Origin: Candidatus Zixiibacteriota bacterium
GTDB taxonomy: Bacteria > Chloroflexota > Limnocylindria > QHBO01
Length of the DNA: 64,000 bases
Assembly (NCBI GenBank): GCA_035687145.1
Contig: DASRYM010000013.1
Span: forward strand, 11,677-75,676
Direction of reading: 5' to 3'
Below the pieces are notes generated by a model. It searched no databases. It saw nothing but the letters and a program-made list of their open reading frames with translations, and had not been told where the DNA came from. Positions 1 to 8,538 of this stretch are shown one piece after another; the first letter of the stretch is position 1; each line of letters opens with the position of its first letter. Made by a program: the position numbers and the translations under genes.

Positions 1-1151
1 AGGAGGGCGCCTACCTCCTGGCCGGCTATCCCGGACCGGGATTCCCGCCGGTGACCGATCCGGCCGACCCGAAGCTCCAGGTCGCCGCCCTGCTCGGCAA
101 TGACTCGGCCATGGTGGTCGGCAACTTCCGCGACGCCTTCCAGGTCGGCGACCGGATCCTGCTTGCCGTCTACAACGGCACGGTGATGCAGATCCCGGAC
201 TTCGCCCTCTCGCCGCCGACGGCCATCGAGGTGCCGTCCACCACCACCTCCCCGGTGAACGGGCCGAACTTCCAGGTCACGCGCAACGACGCGTTCAACA
301 GCACCGTGACCCTGCACCTGCACGGTGACGAGCAGGCGGCGGACATCGGGCACCCGGAATGGGACCTCGTCCCTGACCCCGCGGTCTCCCCGCCCGCGGC
401 GGGAGACATGAACGAGCCGACCTGGTCGACCAACGTCTTCATCCCGGCCAGGAACGGCACCACCGTGTCGATGCGCGGGATCCAGACCAACGCAATCCCG
501 GCCGGCATCTACACCGTCTGGCTGGAGGGCCACTCGGGCGACCCCTACTTCCAGACCCGGCGCGTCCCGGTGTCGGTCAAGGTGGGGGGCGCCACCCGGG
601 ACTTCAGCCTGGCCAACAGCACCACCCGGGCGGCCATCGCCAGCATGGGCGGCTCGGCGGTGCTGCCCATCTTCGTCTCGACCACGAACGCCAGCGGGAC
701 GAAGTGGAGCAACGGCACGGTGAACAACCCGGTGACGCTGTCCATCGACGAGGACTCGTTCACCGATTGCTCGCTGGACCCGGCGACCATCGGTCCCGGA
801 CAGCTGACGCTGGACCAGACGACCCTGACGCCCTCGTCGTCCGGGAGTGGCGCCCAGGCCAACCTGACCGTCAGCTCGGTCGGCCTGACGCCGGGGTGCT
901 ACCGGTTCAACCTGCGCGCCTACGGGATCAACGGCGACGGGCAGCCGGTGGTGCACATCCAGCCGATCACCTTCACGGTGGCGACCACCTCCTCGGACGG
1001 CGTCTACGTGGACATCATCGGCTTCGCCGTCTTCCAGGTGACCGATATCACCGCCAACTCGATCTTCGGCCGCGCCGTCACCGGCGCGTATGCCGACCCC
1101 AATGACCTCGCACTGCGACGAGCCCAGGTGGCTCGCCTGATGCCCTGGTAA
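1..1151 (+). CDS. Hypothetical secreted/surface protein, probably 5'-partial, upstream of a cpaB-like gene
   Basis: The ORF track starts at GTG 51, but the frame has no stop back to nt 3, so the gene likely begins upstream of the window. Codon third positions are GC-rich. The sequence is Thr/Ser/Asn-rich and no family was recognised. It ends 22 nt before the CpaB-like gene. Confidence 0.5.
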   Translation, partial: EGAYLLAGYPGPGFPPVTDPADPKLQVAALLGNDSAMVVGNFRDAFQVGDRILLAVYNGTVMQIPDFALSPPTAIEVPSTTTSPVNGPNFQVTRNDAFNSTVTLHLHGDEQAADIGHPEWDLVPDPAVSPPAAGDMNEPTWSTNVFIPARNGTTVSMRGIQTNAIPAGIYTVWLEGHSGDPYFQTRRVPVSVKVGGATRDFSLANSTTRAAIASMGGSAVLPIFVSTTNASGTKWSNGTVNNPVTLSIDEDSFTDCSLDPATIGPGQLTLDQTTLTPSSSGSGAQANLTVSSVGLTPGCYRFNLRAYGINGDGQPVVHIQPITFTVATTSSDGVYVDIIGFAVFQVTDITANSIFGRAVTGAYADPNDLALRRAQVARLMPW

Positions 1152-1173
1152 CCCCCCGAGGAGAACGCACCCC

Positions 1174-1995
1174 GTGGAACTCGAGTACACCGACAAGAAC
1201 AGCAGACGTTCCAAGCTGTACATCGCGGTGGGCCTGATCATGGCCCTCGGCGTGGCGGCCATGGTCTACGTCGCCCTGCAGTTCAGCGGCCTCACCCGCA
1301 AGGAAGAGGCGGTGATGCGCGAGGTGGTCGTCGCGGTGCGCGACATCCCGAGCCGCAAGCCGATCGAGGAGGGGGACGTAAGCATGGCCACCGTGGTCGC
1401 CGACCAGACCAACGCCACGGCCTTCACCCGCATCGACGAGGTGCTGGGCCGCATCTCCGGCGTCCCGATCCTCACCGGCCAGATGGTCACCCAGAACGTG
1501 CTGGCCTCCACCACGAGCGGCCAGTCGTTCTCAATCCTGGAGCCGGGCGAGGAGTTCGACCCGTCGGGGCCGGACTACCGGGCGGTGAGCATCTCGGTGC
1601 CCGATGACCGGGCCGTGGCCGGCACCCTGCAGCCGGGCCAAATCGTGGACCTGATCGTGACCATGGCCATCAACCCGGAGGTGGGCCAGACGCCCGAGGA
1701 GGCCGAGGCGACGACCGCGCAGTTCCTGCCGGGCCCGTCCACCAAGGTCACGCTCCAGTCGCTGACCATCCTGGCGCGGAACGGGAGCCTGTACATCATG
1801 CGCACCGACCTGGCCACGGCCGAGAAGATCATCGAGCTCAGCGCGGCCGGTGGGCAGTTCTCGTTCGTGCTGCGCCCGGAGATCGACGACCGCGTGGCCA
1901 CCACCGAGGGATCGACCATCGACCGCCTCATCGAGGAGTACGGCTTCCCGGTCCCGCTGCCGCCGGAGTTCGAGACCGAGAACGCCGGCCGCTAG
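1174..1995 (+). CDS. cpaB: Flp/Tad pilus assembly protein CpaB-like (TM helix + SAF-like domain)
   Basis: 273 aa. The GTG start is preceded by GAGGAG. An N-terminal TM helix (LYIAVGLIMALGVAAMVYVAL) is followed by VVVAVRDIPSRKPIEEGDV, which is typical of the CpaB SAF segment. The call is from motif memory only. Confidence 0.6.
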   Translation: MELEYTDKNSRRSKLYIAVGLIMALGVAAMVYVALQFSGLTRKEEAVMREVVVAVRDIPSRKPIEEGDVSMATVVADQTNATAFTRIDEVLGRISGVPILTGQMVTQNVLASTTSGQSFSILEPGEEFDPSGPDYRAVSISVPDDRAVAGTLQPGQIVDLIVTMAINPEVGQTPEEAEATTAQFLPGPSTKVTLQSLTILARNGSLYIMRTDLATAEKIIELSAAGGQFSFVLRPEIDDRVATTEGSTIDRLIEEYGFPVPLPPEFETENAGR

Positions 1996-2579
1996 GGAGC
2001 AGGCTCGGGTTCCTCCACCAGGGCGCGGTAGGCCGCCTCGACCTGGCGACGCGTTTCCTCGAGGGGCGCGGACCCGTCGATCACCACGTCGGCGGCGGCC
2101 ACCTTCTCCTCCTGCGGCGACTGGCTGGCCAGACGGGCGCGCGCCTGGTCCTCGGTCATGCCGCGGGTGGCCATCACCCGTTGCAGGGCATCGGCCTGGT
2201 CGCAGCGCACGACCCACGTCTGGTCACAGCGGTCGTGGAGCGGCGACTCCAGCAGCTTGATGGCCTCGATGCAGGCCACCGTCGCGCCCGCCGCCTCCAG
2301 CTCCGCCAGGCGGGCGCGGGTCTCGTTGCGCACCAGCGGGTGGAGGATCGCCTCCAGGTCCCTGAGGGCCTGCGCATCCGCGAAGACGACCGATGCCAGC
2401 TTCCCGGCGTCGATGGTCCCGAAGCGCGCCTCGATCCGGCGCCGCGCCTCGGCGTCGTTGTTCCGGATCTGGCGGGCCACGGCGTCAAGGTCGATGACCG
2501 CCACGCCCAGGTCGGCCAGCATGGCGGCGACCGTGCTCTTGCCGCAGCCGATGTTGCCGGTCAGCCCGATGACCTTCAC
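1992..2579 (-). CDS. coaE: Dephospho-CoA kinase
   Basis: 195 aa taken from internal GTG 2579 of the 504-aa ORF 1992..3506. It has VKVIGLTGNIGCGKST (P-loop) and CoaE-like downstream sequence. There is a 4-nt overlap with the fpg stop. Its stop overlaps the cpaB stop in a CTAG. Confidence 0.85.
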   Translation of the reverse strand: MKVIGLTGNIGCGKSTVAAMLADLGVAVIDLDAVARQIRNNDAEARRRIEARFGTIDAGKLASVVFADAQALRDLEAILHPLVRNETRARLAELEAAGATVACIEAIKLLESPLHDRCDQTWVVRCDQADALQRVMATRGMTEDQARARLASQSPQEEKVAAADVVIDGSAPLEETRRQVEAAYRALVEEPEPAP

Positions 2580-3487
2580 GCCGCCTCGCCCTCCCTGGAC
2601 GGCTCCGGCTGGCAGCGAGGGCAGAAGTGCGTCGAGCGCTGCCCGACCACGATGCGCTGGATCGGCCGCCCGCAGCGGGGGCAGGGCTGGCCGGTGCGCC
2701 GGTAGACGAAGAGGCGCTCCGCGTTGGCCCCCGGCTCGCCGTCCAGGCCCACGTAGTCGCTGAAGCTGGCCCCGCGGTTGGCGATCCCCTGCCGCAGCAC
2801 GGCCCGCACGGCCCGGTGCAGGCGCCGCACCTCGTCGTCGGTCAGGGTGTCGGCGCGCCGCAGCGGATGGAGGCGCGCCCGCCACAGCGCCTCGTCGGCG
2901 TAGATGTTCCCCACTCCCGCCACGAACGACTGGTCCAGGAGCAGGGACTTCAGCCGCGCGGACCGTCCCCGCAGGCGCTCGGCAAGGCGGACGGCGCTGA
3001 AGGAGCGTGACAGCGGCTCCGGCCCGTGGCGCCCGAAGACGTCGCCGACGCGCAGCACCCGGCGGCGCTCGCCGATCCCGCGCTTGCGCCGCGCGGCCGC
3101 CCAGCGGCGGCGCAGCCCGCCGCCCTCCCACAGCCCGATGCGGCCGAACTTGCGCACGTCGCGGTAGCGCAGCTGTCGCCCATCGGCCAGGTGGAAGACC
3201 ACGCGCGCGTACGGGTCCGGCGGCGTGCCGGGAGCGGCCACGATCAGGGCCCCCGTCATGCGCAGCGCCACGGTCATCACCCGCCCGTCTGCCAGGTGGA
3301 TGAGCACCGACTTCGCGCGGCGCCCGACGCTGCTGATCCGCGCGCCGCGAACCTCGGCCACGAACTGCTCCGGCGCCGGGCTGGTGATGGTCCGCGGCCA
3401 GAGCACCTCGGCATCCGCGATCTCGGCGCCGGTCACCCAGCGCTGGAGGTCGCGGGCCACGGTCTCGACTTCGGGGAGCTCCGGCAC
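2576..3487 (-). CDS. mutM: Formamidopyrimidine-DNA glycosylase (Fpg/MutM)
   Basis: 303 aa. It has the N-terminal PELPEVET, an H2TH region (LLLDQSFVAGVGNIYADEALW) and a C-terminal zinc finger (CPRCGRPIQRIVVGQRSTHFCPRCQ). The start codon is GTG. Confidence 0.9.
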   Translation of the reverse strand: MPELPEVETVARDLQRWVTGAEIADAEVLWPRTITSPAPEQFVAEVRGARISSVGRRAKSVLIHLADGRVMTVALRMTGALIVAAPGTPPDPYARVVFHLADGRQLRYRDVRKFGRIGLWEGGGLRRRWAAARRKRGIGERRRVLRVGDVFGRHGPEPLSRSFSAVRLAERLRGRSARLKSLLLDQSFVAGVGNIYADEALWRARLHPLRRADTLTDDEVRRLHRAVRAVLRQGIANRGASFSDYVGLDGEPGANAERLFVYRRTGQPCPRCGRPIQRIVVGQRSTHFCPRCQPEPSREGEAA

Positions 3488-3584
3488 GGAGCGTAGTGTG
3501 CCGCAAGGGCCGCCCGTGTTGCCGTGTCGTCAGCCGCTCGCCAGCGGAGCCGATGACGCCGAATAGCGCCGCCCGGTGGCTCCC

Positions 3585-6470
3585 TCATCCCACCAGGGCG
3601 GCGACCGCGACCTCCTCCTCGGCCTCCTCGCGGGCCACCTCGACGGCCGACTTCGGAATGCGCCGCCAGGTCCCGTCCTCGCGGACGAATCGGTCCATGT
3701 TCTCCCAGTCGGCGCCGACCTTGAGCTCCACCTCCAGCGGCGGGTCCAGGGGCAGGGCGCCCTCCATGATCTCTTTGGCCAGCTCGGCCAGGGTGGTGAG
3801 CTCCTCCTCATCGGTCTCGAAGACGAGCTCGTCGTGCACCTGGAGCAGCATCCGCGACCGGAGGCCGCGCTCGCGCATGGCCGCGTCCAGCCGGACCATG
3901 GCGATCTTCATCCCGTCCGCCGCCGTGCCCTGGATGGGCATGTTGATCGCCATCCGCTCCCCCGCCGAGCGCAGCGCCGAGTTCCGCGCGGTGAGCTCCG
4001 GCAGGTAGCGGCGCCGGCCGAGCAGCGTCGTCACGAACCCCTGGTCGCGGGCCAGCATGCGGATCTCGATCGTGTAGCGGCGGATCCCCGGGTAGGCGGC
4101 GAAGTAGTCGGCGATGTAGCGCTGCGCCTCCTCGCGCGGGATCTTCAGCCGGTCCGCCAGCCCGAAGTCGCTCAACCCGTAGGCGATCCCGTAGTTGATC
4201 ATCTTGGCGATGCTGCGCTCGCGCGGGCCGACCTGATCCGGCGCCAGCCCCAGGACGCGGGCGGCGGCGGCCAGGTGGATGTCCTCGTGCTTCGCGAAGT
4301 CCGCCTTCAGCCCCTCGTCGCCCGAAACGTGGGCCAGGATGCGCAGCTCCTGCTGCGAGTAGTCCGCGCCCAGCAGGAGCTTCCCGGGTGACGCGACGAA
4401 CGCGCGCCGGATGCGCCGTCCCATGGCGGTGCGGATCGGGATGTTCTGCAGGTTCGGGTCGGTGCTCGACAGCCGCCCGGTGGCGGCCACCGCCTGCTGG
4501 TAGGTGGTGTGCAGCCGACCATCCGGGCCCACCAGCGAGGGCAGGGCGTCCACGTAGGTGCCCTTCAGCTTCGAGATCTGGCGGTGCTCCAGGATGAGGG
4601 ACACCACCTCGTGCTTGTCGCGCAGCTCCTCCAGGACCGATGCATCGGTCGAGTACCCGGTGCGGGTCCGCTTGGTGGCCGGCAGGCCCAGCTCGTGGAA
4701 GAGCACCTGCTCCAGCTGCTTGGGTGAGCCGATGTTGAACGGGTGGCCCACCAGGTGGTGGATCCGAGCCTCGAGGTCGGCCAGCTGCTGCCCGAACTCC
4801 ACGCTCATGGCGGTCAGCGCCTCGCGGTCGATGACCACCCCGGCGAGCTCCATCCGTGCCAGGACGGGGAGGAGCGGCATCTCCACCTCGCGGTACAGGT
4901 TGATGAGCGCGGCATCGGCCAGGTCCTTCTCGAGCAGCGGGCGCACCAATAGGCTGGTGAGCGCCTCGGCGGCGGCCCTGCGCGCGGTGACCACCTCCTC
5001 GGCGCCGGTCTCGGCCGAGACCGGCTGCTCGGGGAGCTGCGCCCCGAAGCGGTTGGCGGCCAGGTCGTCCAGGGTCTGCGCCCGCAACGAGGGGTTGACC
5101 ATGTAGCTGGCCACCAGCGTGTCGTCTGCCGGCCCCTCGAGCGTCACCCCACGCACGGCCAGCATCGTCACCAGCTGCTTGAGGTCATGACCGATGAGCG
5201 GGCGGTCGGCGCGCCTGAACCATGCGGGCAGCCGGCGGTCGTCGCTCCACGGCAGGTACCAGGTTGAGCCATCGGTGCCCGCCAGCGCGATGCCCAGCAG
5301 CGGCCGCTCCAGCGGGCGCCCCCCGCCCGCGGCCCAGCCCAGGCCCACGGCGTCGGCATGCGCCGTCAGCCAGGAGTCCAGGGCGGCGAGGTCCTCGTCC
5401 GAGCGGACGATGCGCGGGTCGACATGCTCGATGGCCCCACCCGGGTCGCGGACCGCATCGGGCTGGGCCCGTGGCGCCTCCACCGGCGCGGCAGCGCCCT
5501 CCCCCTCCTTCGGCGCCCCGCCGCCCAGCAGGTCCAGCGACAGCTGCAGCCCGCCGCCGGTCTCCTGCTCGGACGGCCCGTACCCGGTGGGGGCGATGCT
5601 CGACGGCGGGAGCCGGTCGATCAGCGAGCGGAACTCGAGCTCGCGGAAGCGCTGGGCCACGGCACGGCGGTCGTATCGGCCCGTCCGCGCCTCCTCCAGG
5701 CGCAGCTCGACCGGGAGGTTGGTGATGATCCGGCCCACCTCGCGCGACATGAAGGCCGATTCGCGGTGCTCGGCCAGCCGGTCGCGCAGCTTGCCCTTGA
5801 CCTGGTCCAGGTTCTCGTAGATGGCGTCCAGCGACCCGAACTGCTGGAGGAGCTGGATCGCCGTCTTCTCCCCCACCCCCGGCACGCCCGGGATGTTGTC
5901 CGAGGTGTCGCCCTTGAGGGCCTTGTAGTCGAGCATCTGGTCCGGGCGCAGGCCATAGCGCTCCATGACCTTGGCCTCGTCGTAGATGACGGTGGCGGCC
6001 ACGCCCATCCTGGTGGTGAGCAGCTTCACGTGGTCGTTGACCAGCTGCAGCCCGTCCAGGTCCCCGGAGACGATGTACGTCTCGACCCCCGCCTTCTTCG
6101 CCTCCTGCACCAGCGAGCCGATGACGTCGTCCGCCTCGTACCCCTCCAGCTCCCGGATCGGGATGTTCATCATCTGGCAGATCTCGCGCACGATCGGAAA
6201 CTGGGCGCGCAGGTCGTCGGGCATCGACGGGCGCCCGGCCTTGTACTCCGGGTGCGCGTCGAAGCGGAACTGCGGCCTGCCGAGGTCGAAGGCGACCATG
6301 GCGTAGTCCGGCTTCAGGTCCTGCATGCCGCGCAGCACAATCTGCAGGAACCCGAAGGCGGCGTTGGTCAGGGTCCCGTCCGACGTCGTAAGGGGCGGCA
6401 GCGCGAAGTAGCCGCGGTAGACGAGGCTCGGCCCGTCGATGAGCATGAGGATGGGTCTGCGCTCGGCCAT
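3585..6470 (-). CDS. polA: DNA polymerase I
   Basis: 961 aa from ATG 6470 (MAERRPILMLIDGPSLVYRGYFA, the 5' nuclease N-terminus). Family A polymerase motifs are present (DYSQQELRILAH, QVHDELVFE). The upstream 54 codons of ORF 3585..6632 look non-coding. Confidence 0.95.
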   Translation of the reverse strand: MAERRPILMLIDGPSLVYRGYFALPPLTTSDGTLTNAAFGFLQIVLRGMQDLKPDYAMVAFDLGRPQFRFDAHPEYKAGRPSMPDDLRAQFPIVREICQMMNIPIRELEGYEADDVIGSLVQEAKKAGVETYIVSGDLDGLQLVNDHVKLLTTRMGVAATVIYDEAKVMERYGLRPDQMLDYKALKGDTSDNIPGVPGVGEKTAIQLLQQFGSLDAIYENLDQVKGKLRDRLAEHRESAFMSREVGRIITNLPVELRLEEARTGRYDRRAVAQRFRELEFRSLIDRLPPSSIAPTGYGPSEQETGGGLQLSLDLLGGGAPKEGEGAAAPVEAPRAQPDAVRDPGGAIEHVDPRIVRSDEDLAALDSWLTAHADAVGLGWAAGGGRPLERPLLGIALAGTDGSTWYLPWSDDRRLPAWFRRADRPLIGHDLKQLVTMLAVRGVTLEGPADDTLVASYMVNPSLRAQTLDDLAANRFGAQLPEQPVSAETGAEEVVTARRAAAEALTSLLVRPLLEKDLADAALINLYREVEMPLLPVLARMELAGVVIDREALTAMSVEFGQQLADLEARIHHLVGHPFNIGSPKQLEQVLFHELGLPATKRTRTGYSTDASVLEELRDKHEVVSLILEHRQISKLKGTYVDALPSLVGPDGRLHTTYQQAVAATGRLSSTDPNLQNIPIRTAMGRRIRRAFVASPGKLLLGADYSQQELRILAHVSGDEGLKADFAKHEDIHLAAAARVLGLAPDQVGPRERSIAKMINYGIAYGLSDFGLADRLKIPREEAQRYIADYFAAYPGIRRYTIEIRMLARDQGFVTTLLGRRRYLPELTARNSALRSAGERMAINMPIQGTAADGMKIAMVRLDAAMRERGLRSRMLLQVHDELVFETDEEELTTLAELAKEIMEGALPLDPPLEVELKVGADWENMDRFVREDGTWRRIPKSAVEVAREEAEEEVAVAALVG

Positions 6471-6534
6471 GGGCGACCCCAGTCTAGCCCGATGCCGCCG
6501 GCCTGACCCCGTTCCGCGCCGTACAATCGGCGCC

Positions 6535-7047
6535 ATGGCGGACCGCCCGGTGCTCGACCCGTACGCCGTGCTGGGGGTTCCGCGCGATGCCACGCCGCTG
6601 CAGGTCGCGCGCGCCCATCGACGCCTCGCCAAGCGCTACCACCCGGACCTGCACCCCGGCCAGGACATGTCGGAGCGGATGCGGCGCATCAACGAGGCGT
6701 ACCGCCTGCTGGCCTCGTCCGAGCGGCGGGCGGCATTCGACCGCGACAACCCGGCAGCCGGCACGCCGGCCTCCGGGCACTGGGCGGCGTCGCGCCGCCC
6801 CATCCGTCCGCCCCAGCCGACCACCGCGCGGACCTGGGCGGCGTGGCGGACCACCGCCGACGAGGTGCGCGCCGCCCCCCGCGTGCGCCGCGCGCCGGGC
6901 GAGGTCCAGATCCCGATCACGCGCCGGCCGCCGCGCTTGGAGCCGATGGAGCGGACGTTCCGCGACTCGGCCTGGGCGGCGGTGCTGGTGGCGGCCGTCT
7001 GCCTGGCGCTGCTGGCGACCGCGGTGGTGGCCGGACGGCTGACGTAG
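6535..7047 (+). CDS. J-domain protein with C-terminal TM anchor
   Basis: 170 aa from ATG 6535. The J domain (DPYAVLGVPRDATPLQVARAHRRLAKRYHPD...INEAYRLL) has an intact HPD motif. There is a C-terminal TM helix (AWAAVLVAAVCLALLATAVVAG). TACAAT lies 7 nt upstream of the ATG. Confidence 0.7.
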   Translation: MADRPVLDPYAVLGVPRDATPLQVARAHRRLAKRYHPDLHPGQDMSERMRRINEAYRLLASSERRAAFDRDNPAAGTPASGHWAASRRPIRPPQPTTARTWAAWRTTADEVRAAPRVRRAPGEVQIPITRRPPRLEPMERTFRDSAWAAVLVAAVCLALLATAVVAGRLT

Positions 7048-7067
7048 CCCCTCGCCGGACGCGGCCG

Positions 7068-7793
7068 TCAGCCGGCTCGCGGTTGAAGCCCGAAGCGCAG
7101 GAAGAGCCCGACGGCCATGAGGCCGACGCCGACGACGACGGCCGCCAGCCACCCCGCCTCCAGGTCGGGTCCGGCTGATCGGCTGCTCACGGTCGGTGGC
7201 GCGGCCTCGGCGTCCTCGGTCGCATCCGGCACGGCCACGTCGCCGCGGGGTCCGCGAGGCGCCATCTCGTTGCTGGGCTCGGCCAGGAGCGTTGGCTGCT
7301 GCCCGTTGGCCGTCTCCGGGTTCCCTCCGGGCGAAGAGAAATGATCCTCCGCCGTCACGTCGGACCCCGGGACGGCGGTCTGCCCTGCGGCTCCCCCGCC
7401 GATGGCCGCCTCCTCCTGTGGAGCCCCGCCGCTGGCGGCGAAGAACGTGCCCTGGTCCACGAATCCGGAGAGACCGACCGCACCCACCAGCGCCAGCCCG
7501 GCGCCGACCGCCATGACCGGCGCCCACAGTCGCCGCAGCCGGCCGCCACCGGGCGCTCCGGTCCGGACAGGCTCTGGGACCGGCGGAAGCAGCTGGATCG
7601 GGCGGGACGGGACGAGGTCCGGCAGCTCGGCCAGCGCGGCCTGCAGACGTGCCAGGTCGGCCACCATCGGTCCGCATCGGTCGCAGGAGTCCACGTGCGC
7701 GCGCAACACCGCATCGCCGGCAACGTCGGGGTCGTTGCCGGCCAGCGCCGCCAGGCGCTCGTCGTGCGGATGAACGTCGTGCTGCATCGTCAT
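7068..7793 (-). CDS. Anti-sigma factor (zf-HC2 type, membrane-spanning)
   Basis: 241 aa from ATG 7793, 15 nt downstream of the sigma gene stop. It has an HVDSCDRCGPMVADL zinc-binding motif, one central and one C-terminal TM helix, and a Pro/Gly/Ala-rich extracytoplasmic part. Confidence 0.65.
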   Translation of the reverse strand: MTMQHDVHPHDERLAALAGNDPDVAGDAVLRAHVDSCDRCGPMVADLARLQAALAELPDLVPSRPIQLLPPVPEPVRTGAPGGGRLRRLWAPVMAVGAGLALVGAVGLSGFVDQGTFFAASGGAPQEEAAIGGGAAGQTAVPGSDVTAEDHFSSPGGNPETANGQQPTLLAEPSNEMAPRGPRGDVAVPDATEDAEAAPPTVSSRSAGPDLEAGWLAAVVVGVGLMAVGLFLRFGLQPRAG

Positions 7794-7807
7794 CGGTCCA
7801 GACGCCC

Positions 7808-8434
7808 TCAGCCCTCGAAGAGTTCCCGATGGTCGGCCAACAGCTCGCGCAGGCGCAGCCGGCCACGGTGGATGCGGGACTTCACCGTGCCCAGCGCGGA
7901 CCGGGTGAAGGCTGCCACCTCGTTGTAGTCCATCCCGTAGACGTCGCACAGGACCACGGCGATCCGCTGATCCTCCGGGAGGCGGCGCAGCGCTAGGTCG
8001 AGGTGGCGGTAGAGCTCCGTGCGTCCCGCCTCGGTCACCGGATTCGGGGCCGCGCTGTCCGGCAGCTCCGCCTCGCCCTCATCCGTGTCGGGCAGCGTCG
8101 TTGCCGGACGACGCTGAGTGCGGCGCAGGATGTCGTAGCTGGCGTTGGCCGTGATGCGCAGCAGCCAAGAGCGGAAGATGCCGCCGCGGAATCGGCCGAT
8201 GGCCTCGTAGGCGTGGACGAACGCGTCCTGCGTGGCGTCCGCAGCCAGGTCCGGGTCGCCGATCAGCCGGTACGCCAGGCCGTAGCACGCCGACTGGTGG
8301 TGCTCCATGAGCCGGGCGAAAGCGGTGCGGTCGCCGGATCTGGCGCGCTCCACCATGGCCGCTTCGTCCGGGAGCAGCCTGGTGCGACGTGGTTGGACCT
8401 GCCTGCTCGGGTCAGCCGGTGTCATGGGCTGCAA
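7808..8434 (-). CDS. ECF-type RNA polymerase sigma factor (sigma-70 family)
   Basis: 208 aa. Region 2 (DATQDAFVHAYEAIGRFRGGIFRSWLLRITANASYDILR) and region 4 (EVAAFTRSALGTVKSRIHRGRLRLRELL) are present. It is co-oriented with the downstream anti-sigma gene. Confidence 0.85.
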   Translation of the reverse strand: MQPMTPADPSRQVQPRRTRLLPDEAAMVERARSGDRTAFARLMEHHQSACYGLAYRLIGDPDLAADATQDAFVHAYEAIGRFRGGIFRSWLLRITANASYDILRRTQRRPATTLPDTDEGEAELPDSAAPNPVTEAGRTELYRHLDLALRRLPEDQRIAVVLCDVYGMDYNEVAAFTRSALGTVKSRIHRGRLRLRELLADHRELFEG

Positions 8435-8488
8435 TGTTCACACCTTCCGAGCCCGCCTTGCCCGGTGTCGACCGCCGGAAGCGAGGTG

Positions 8489-8517
8489 ATGACAGCGACA
8501 TGACGCTCGGACATAAT
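8489..8517 (+). promoter_or_regulatory. Candidate promoter for the DUF11/CWB2 gene (ATGACA-17 nt-CATAAT)
   Basis: ATGACA at 8489-8494, a 17-nt spacer, then CATAAT at 8512-8517. This would place the transcription start near 8524 and so favour ATG 8539 over ATG 8500. It rests on sequence pattern only. Confidence 0.3.
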
Positions 8518-8538
8518 CCGCCGCGTCGACACATCCAC

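Noticed and set aside
1992-3506. 504-aa ORF read as a single gene
   Set aside because: Only the last 195 codons are CoaE, from GTG 2579 (VKVIGLTGNIGCGKS). The upstream 309 codons are an Arg/Pro/Ala-rich alternative frame of fpg.
6484-7866. 460-aa Arg/Gly/Pro-rich ORF spanning the J-protein and anti-sigma loci
   Set aside because: It has no motifs and an extreme composition. It overlaps two better-supported genes on both strands.
8500-8538. Longer start (ATG 8500) for the DUF11/CWB2 gene
   Set aside because: It adds 13 non-hydrophobic residues ahead of the signal peptide. It would also lie upstream of the candidate ATGACA-17-CATAAT promoter. I kept it only as an alternative.
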